Part shown: piece by piece, positions 60,913 to 64,000 of the stretch | How positions within the stretch are numbered: the first letter of the stretch is position 1 | Layout: the number at the start of each line of letters is the position of its first letter | Notes under the pieces: generated by a model | What the model saw: the letters and a program-made list of their open reading frames with translations, nothing else | Database searches by the model: none | Told to the model about the DNA's origin: nothing | Program-made: the position numbers and the translations under genes | Assembly: GCA_030390025.1 (NCBI GenBank) | Contig: CM059432.1 | Coordinates: forward strand, 89,158,001-89,222,000 | DNA: 64,000 nt | Direction: 5' to 3' | Source of the DNA: Squalus acanthias | Taxonomy: Eukaryota

Positions 60913-61655
60913 CTTTCAGGCTTCCTGCGGGTGCAAGCATCGCGCGCGTACTTACCTACCGCGCCTGCAGTTGTGTTTTGGGCCCACGAGGACTTTGGCT
61001 CCTGGGTCTCCTGCAGCTGCCGGCGCGCAGTGCTTGCGTATCCCAGGGGCACAGTTAGTTCGAAGCGTCCTCTGAAATCACGTGGGCCATGAGAGCCAAT
61101 CCTAGCAGGGTATTTTCATTCATAGATTTGACAGGAAGACCTGTCAAATATATGAAGAGATCGGCCCCAAAACCACACTTAAACTTCAAATAATTTTTTT
61201 TTTAATCACATTTTTAAAATAACTATAAGTTACATAAATTAACTACTTTAAACAAAAATTTAAATTTTTGAAAAAATTAATTATACATTTTAACGGTGCT
61301 AAAAATAAACTTACCTTTCTTTAAAGTATCTAAAAAAGATAAACCTGTTGAAAAAATGTTTAAATTGTAATTAATTAACCACTTACCTTGTTAAAAACAG
61401 GCCTTGCGCCTCCTTTTTAAAAGTGCAGCTTCTCCATACTTACCCTCTCGGAGAAACCTGAAAAAAAACCGAAGTTCGCTGCATGCGCGCTGCCTCTACC
61501 GCGCACGCGTTCGACTTCTGAACCCCTCCGTTCAGGGGAACGGAAGTTCCGGTTTCCCGCGCATGCGCAGTGCATGCAGGAAACCGGCACTTCAGGTGGC
61601 CTTACGGGTGAGTACACAGCGCGTACTCACCCAGCAACAGCCGAATTTCTGGCCC
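60909..61655. mobile_element. Harbinger-type MITE (copy 2), left TIR lost
   Basis: Colinear with 53,890-54,638. Right TIR AATTTCTGGCCC ends at 61,655. Confidence 0.85.
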
Positions 61656-61840
61656 ACTATGTCACTAATCAAAGAAGAGCAGGGGAGCTCTTCTGCTGTC
61701 CTGGCTAATTTTTATCCCTCAACTAACATCAACAAAACAGATTACTTGGTCATTCATCTCATTGCTGTTTGTGGGACCATCCTATCTGCAAGTTGGCTAG
61801 CACGTTTCTCTAAATTACATCAGTGAATATACTTCAAAAG
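61656..61840 (+). mobile_element. Deu-domain SINE internal/3' fragment
   Basis: gaagagcaggggagctc...tttatccctcaactaacatc...attgctgtttgtggga, matching 62,370-62,528. Confidence 0.8.
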
Positions 61841-62178
61841 TTTGCAGATGACACGAAACTCGGAAATGTAGTAAACAGTGAGAAGGCTAGTAACAGGCTT
61901 CAGGAGGGCATAGATAGACTGGTGAAATGGGCAGACACATGGGAGATGAAATTTATCATAGAGAAGTGTGAAGTGATGCTTTTTGGTAGGCAAAATGTGC
62001 AGAAGCAATATTAACTAAACAATACAATTTTAAAAGGGGTGCAGGAATAGAGAGACCTGGGGTTGTACGTGTAGACATCTTTGAAGGTGGCAGGCGAAGT
62101 TGTGAAGGTTGTTAAAAAAAGCATACGGGATCCTTGGCTTTATAAACAGAGGCATAAAGTACAAAAGCAAGGACGTTA
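61841..62178 (+). mobile_element. CR1 ORF2 fragment (from the FADD motif)
   Basis: KFADDTKLGNVVNSE..LQEGIDRLVKWADTWEMKFIIEKCEVMLFG. Confidence 0.9.
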
Positions 62179-62179
62179 G

Positions 62180-62528
62180 GTGTCAGTTGTGGCTAAGTTG
62201 GTAGTGGTCTTGTCTCTGAGTCAGAAGGTTGTGGGTTCAAGTCCCACTCCAGAGACTTGACCACAAAAATCTAGGCTGACACTCCAGTGCAGTACTGAGG
62301 TGCCGTCTTTCAGATGAGATGCTAAACTGAAGCCCTGTCTGCCCTCTCAGGTGGACGGAAAAGATCCCATGGCACTATTTAGAAGAAGTGCAGGGGAATT
62401 ATCCCCGGTGCCCTGGCCAATATTTATCCCTCAATCAATCAAAACAGATTATCTGGTAAGTATCACATTTCTTTTTGTGGGAGCTTGCTGTGCGCAAATT
62501 GGCTGCCACGTTACAACAGTGACTACAC
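62180..62528 (+). mobile_element. tRNA-headed Deu-domain SINE, 3'-truncated
   Basis: Pol III A box TGGCTAAGTTGG (62,190) and B box GGTTCAAGTCC (62,234), followed by the core CTCTCAGGTGGACGGAAAAGATCCCATGGCACTATTT. Confidence 0.9.
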
Positions 62529-63515
62529 CGGACGGACCACCTGGCAACGACCTCGGCACTGGCTACGGACATGGCAACGGCACACCCAGCTCAGTCGACC
62601 CTGCAAAGTCCTCGCACCAACATCTGGGGACGTGTGCCAAAATTGGGAGAGCTGTCCCATAGACTAGTCAAGCAACAGCCTGACATAGTCATACTCACAG
62701 AATCATACCTTTCAGCCAATGTCCCAAACTCCTCCATCACCATCCCTGGGTATGTCCTGTCCCACCGGCAGGATAGACCCACCAGGGGTGGTGGCACAGT
62801 GGTATACAGTCGGGAAGGAGTGGCCCTGGGATTCCTCAACATTGACTCCGGACCCCATGAAGTCTCATGGCTTCAGGTTAAGCATGGGCAAGGAAACCTC
62901 CTGCTGATTACCACCTACCACCCTCCCTCAGCTGATGAATCAGTACTCCTCCATGTTGAACACCACTTGGAAGAAGCACTAAGAGTAGCAAAAGCTCAGA
63001 ATGTACTCTGGGTGGGGGACTTCAATGTCTATCACTAAGAGTGGCTCGGTAGCACCACTACTGACTGAGCTGGCCAGGTCCTGAAGGACATAACTGCCAG
63101 TCTGGGCCTATGACAGGTGGTGAGAGAATCAACACGAGGGAAAAACCCACTTGACCTCATCCTCACTAATCTATCTGTTGCAGTTGCATCTGTCCATGAC
63201 AGTATTGGTAGCAGTGACCACCGCACAGTCATTGTGGAGACGAAGTCCCGTCTTCATACTGAGGACACCCTGCATCGTGTTGTGTGGCACTACCACCGTG
63301 CTAAATGGGATAGATTCAGAACAGATCTAGCAGCTCAAAACTGGGCATCCATGAGCAGCAGAATTGTATTCCACCACAACCTGTAACCTCATGGCCCAGC
63401 ATATCACTCACTCTACCAATACCATCAAGCCAGGGGACCAACACTGGTTCAATAAGGAGTGCAGAAGAGCATGGCAGAAGCAGCACCAGGCGTAACCAAA
63501 AATGAGGAGCCAACC
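62529..63515 (+). mobile_element. LINE ORF2 apurinic-endonuclease domain (probably family B), degenerate
   Basis: PDIVILTESYL, RQDRPTRGGGTVVY, VGDFNV, TRGKNPLDLILTN and GSSDHRTV are APE motifs. In-frame stops occur after 63,035. Confidence 0.9.
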
Positions 63516-64000
63516 TGGCTGCAGCATGGCTGGTGGAAGGCTGCTGACTTTCAGTGGGGGACACTACAAATGGCCTTGCTGGTCAACCTTGAGGAGCTGG
63601 TGGCTGGGAGTGTCAAATCAAGTGACGCTGTTTTTTCTTCTTTGTCTTCTTTTTCTTCTTCTTCTTCTTCTTCACATTCCTCTCCCTCTCCTTAGTCAAC
63701 CACTGGCTGGGCAGGCTGCATTTCTTGGGTGTGTGAAATGTGGAAGGCACAAGGGTGGTGTTGTGGTGATGGGAGGGCAGGAAAGCAAGAGGTGCATGCC
63801 AGAAGGAGGATAACGTATGAGGATATCAGCATCTTGTATCTTTTCAGCCCCGCTGCTGGCCAAGGGCTCAGCCATGCCCCTGCCAAGAATGGCCTGCACT
63901 GTCTCCTCTAAGGGGGTGAGGTGAGTCTAGGAATGGGAGATGTGCCTCGTGATTGGTACAGATTGTTGATAGGTGAGTGATTGGGGGGAGTCATGCATTC
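63516..64000 (-). mobile_element. Internal fragment of the same Harbinger Myb-gene family as 39,945-41,390, open at right edge
   Basis: Colinear with 40,065-40,640 (GGCTGCAGCATGGCTGGTGGAAGGCTGCTGACTTTCAGTGGGGGACACT is shared), with a shorter CTT tract. Confidence 0.85.

Noticed and set aside
62180..62255. tRNA gene
   Set aside because: A and B boxes are present, but the sequence continues into the Deu SINE body, so this is a SINE head.

Overview
This is eukaryotic, repeat-saturated genomic DNA with no recognisable host protein-coding exon. The repeat repertoire (tRNA-headed Deu-domain SINEs, several CR1 and L2 LINEs, Penelope-like elements, many PIF/Harbinger pieces) points to a vertebrate, most likely a cartilaginous fish; that assignment is inference. 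Bases 1-~34,945 are one 15-bp tandem array (consensus GATGGTTTGAGGTG[G/C], ~2,330 units, running off the left edge). It has kb-scale higher-order duplications and an indel-rich central stretch that looks like consensus/assembly noise. All long ORFs in this array are by-products of a 15-mer that lacks stops in 5 of 6 frames. Bases ~34,950-64,000 are a nested TE mosaic: CR1, L2 and a third CR1-group LINE family; DeuSINEs; a Penelope-like element with RT + GIY-YIG, a 12-bp target-site duplication and a minimal hammerhead ribozyme; a second hammerhead in a different Penelope-like end; and a dense set of Harbinger elements (degenerate DDE transposase, several spliced Myb/SANT accessory-gene remnants, MITEs). 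The least-explained signal is a ~760-bp Harbinger-type MITE present twice. It carries conserved hairpins (one with a compensatory change), promoter-like motifs and a one-strand cluster of consensus splice donors/acceptors.
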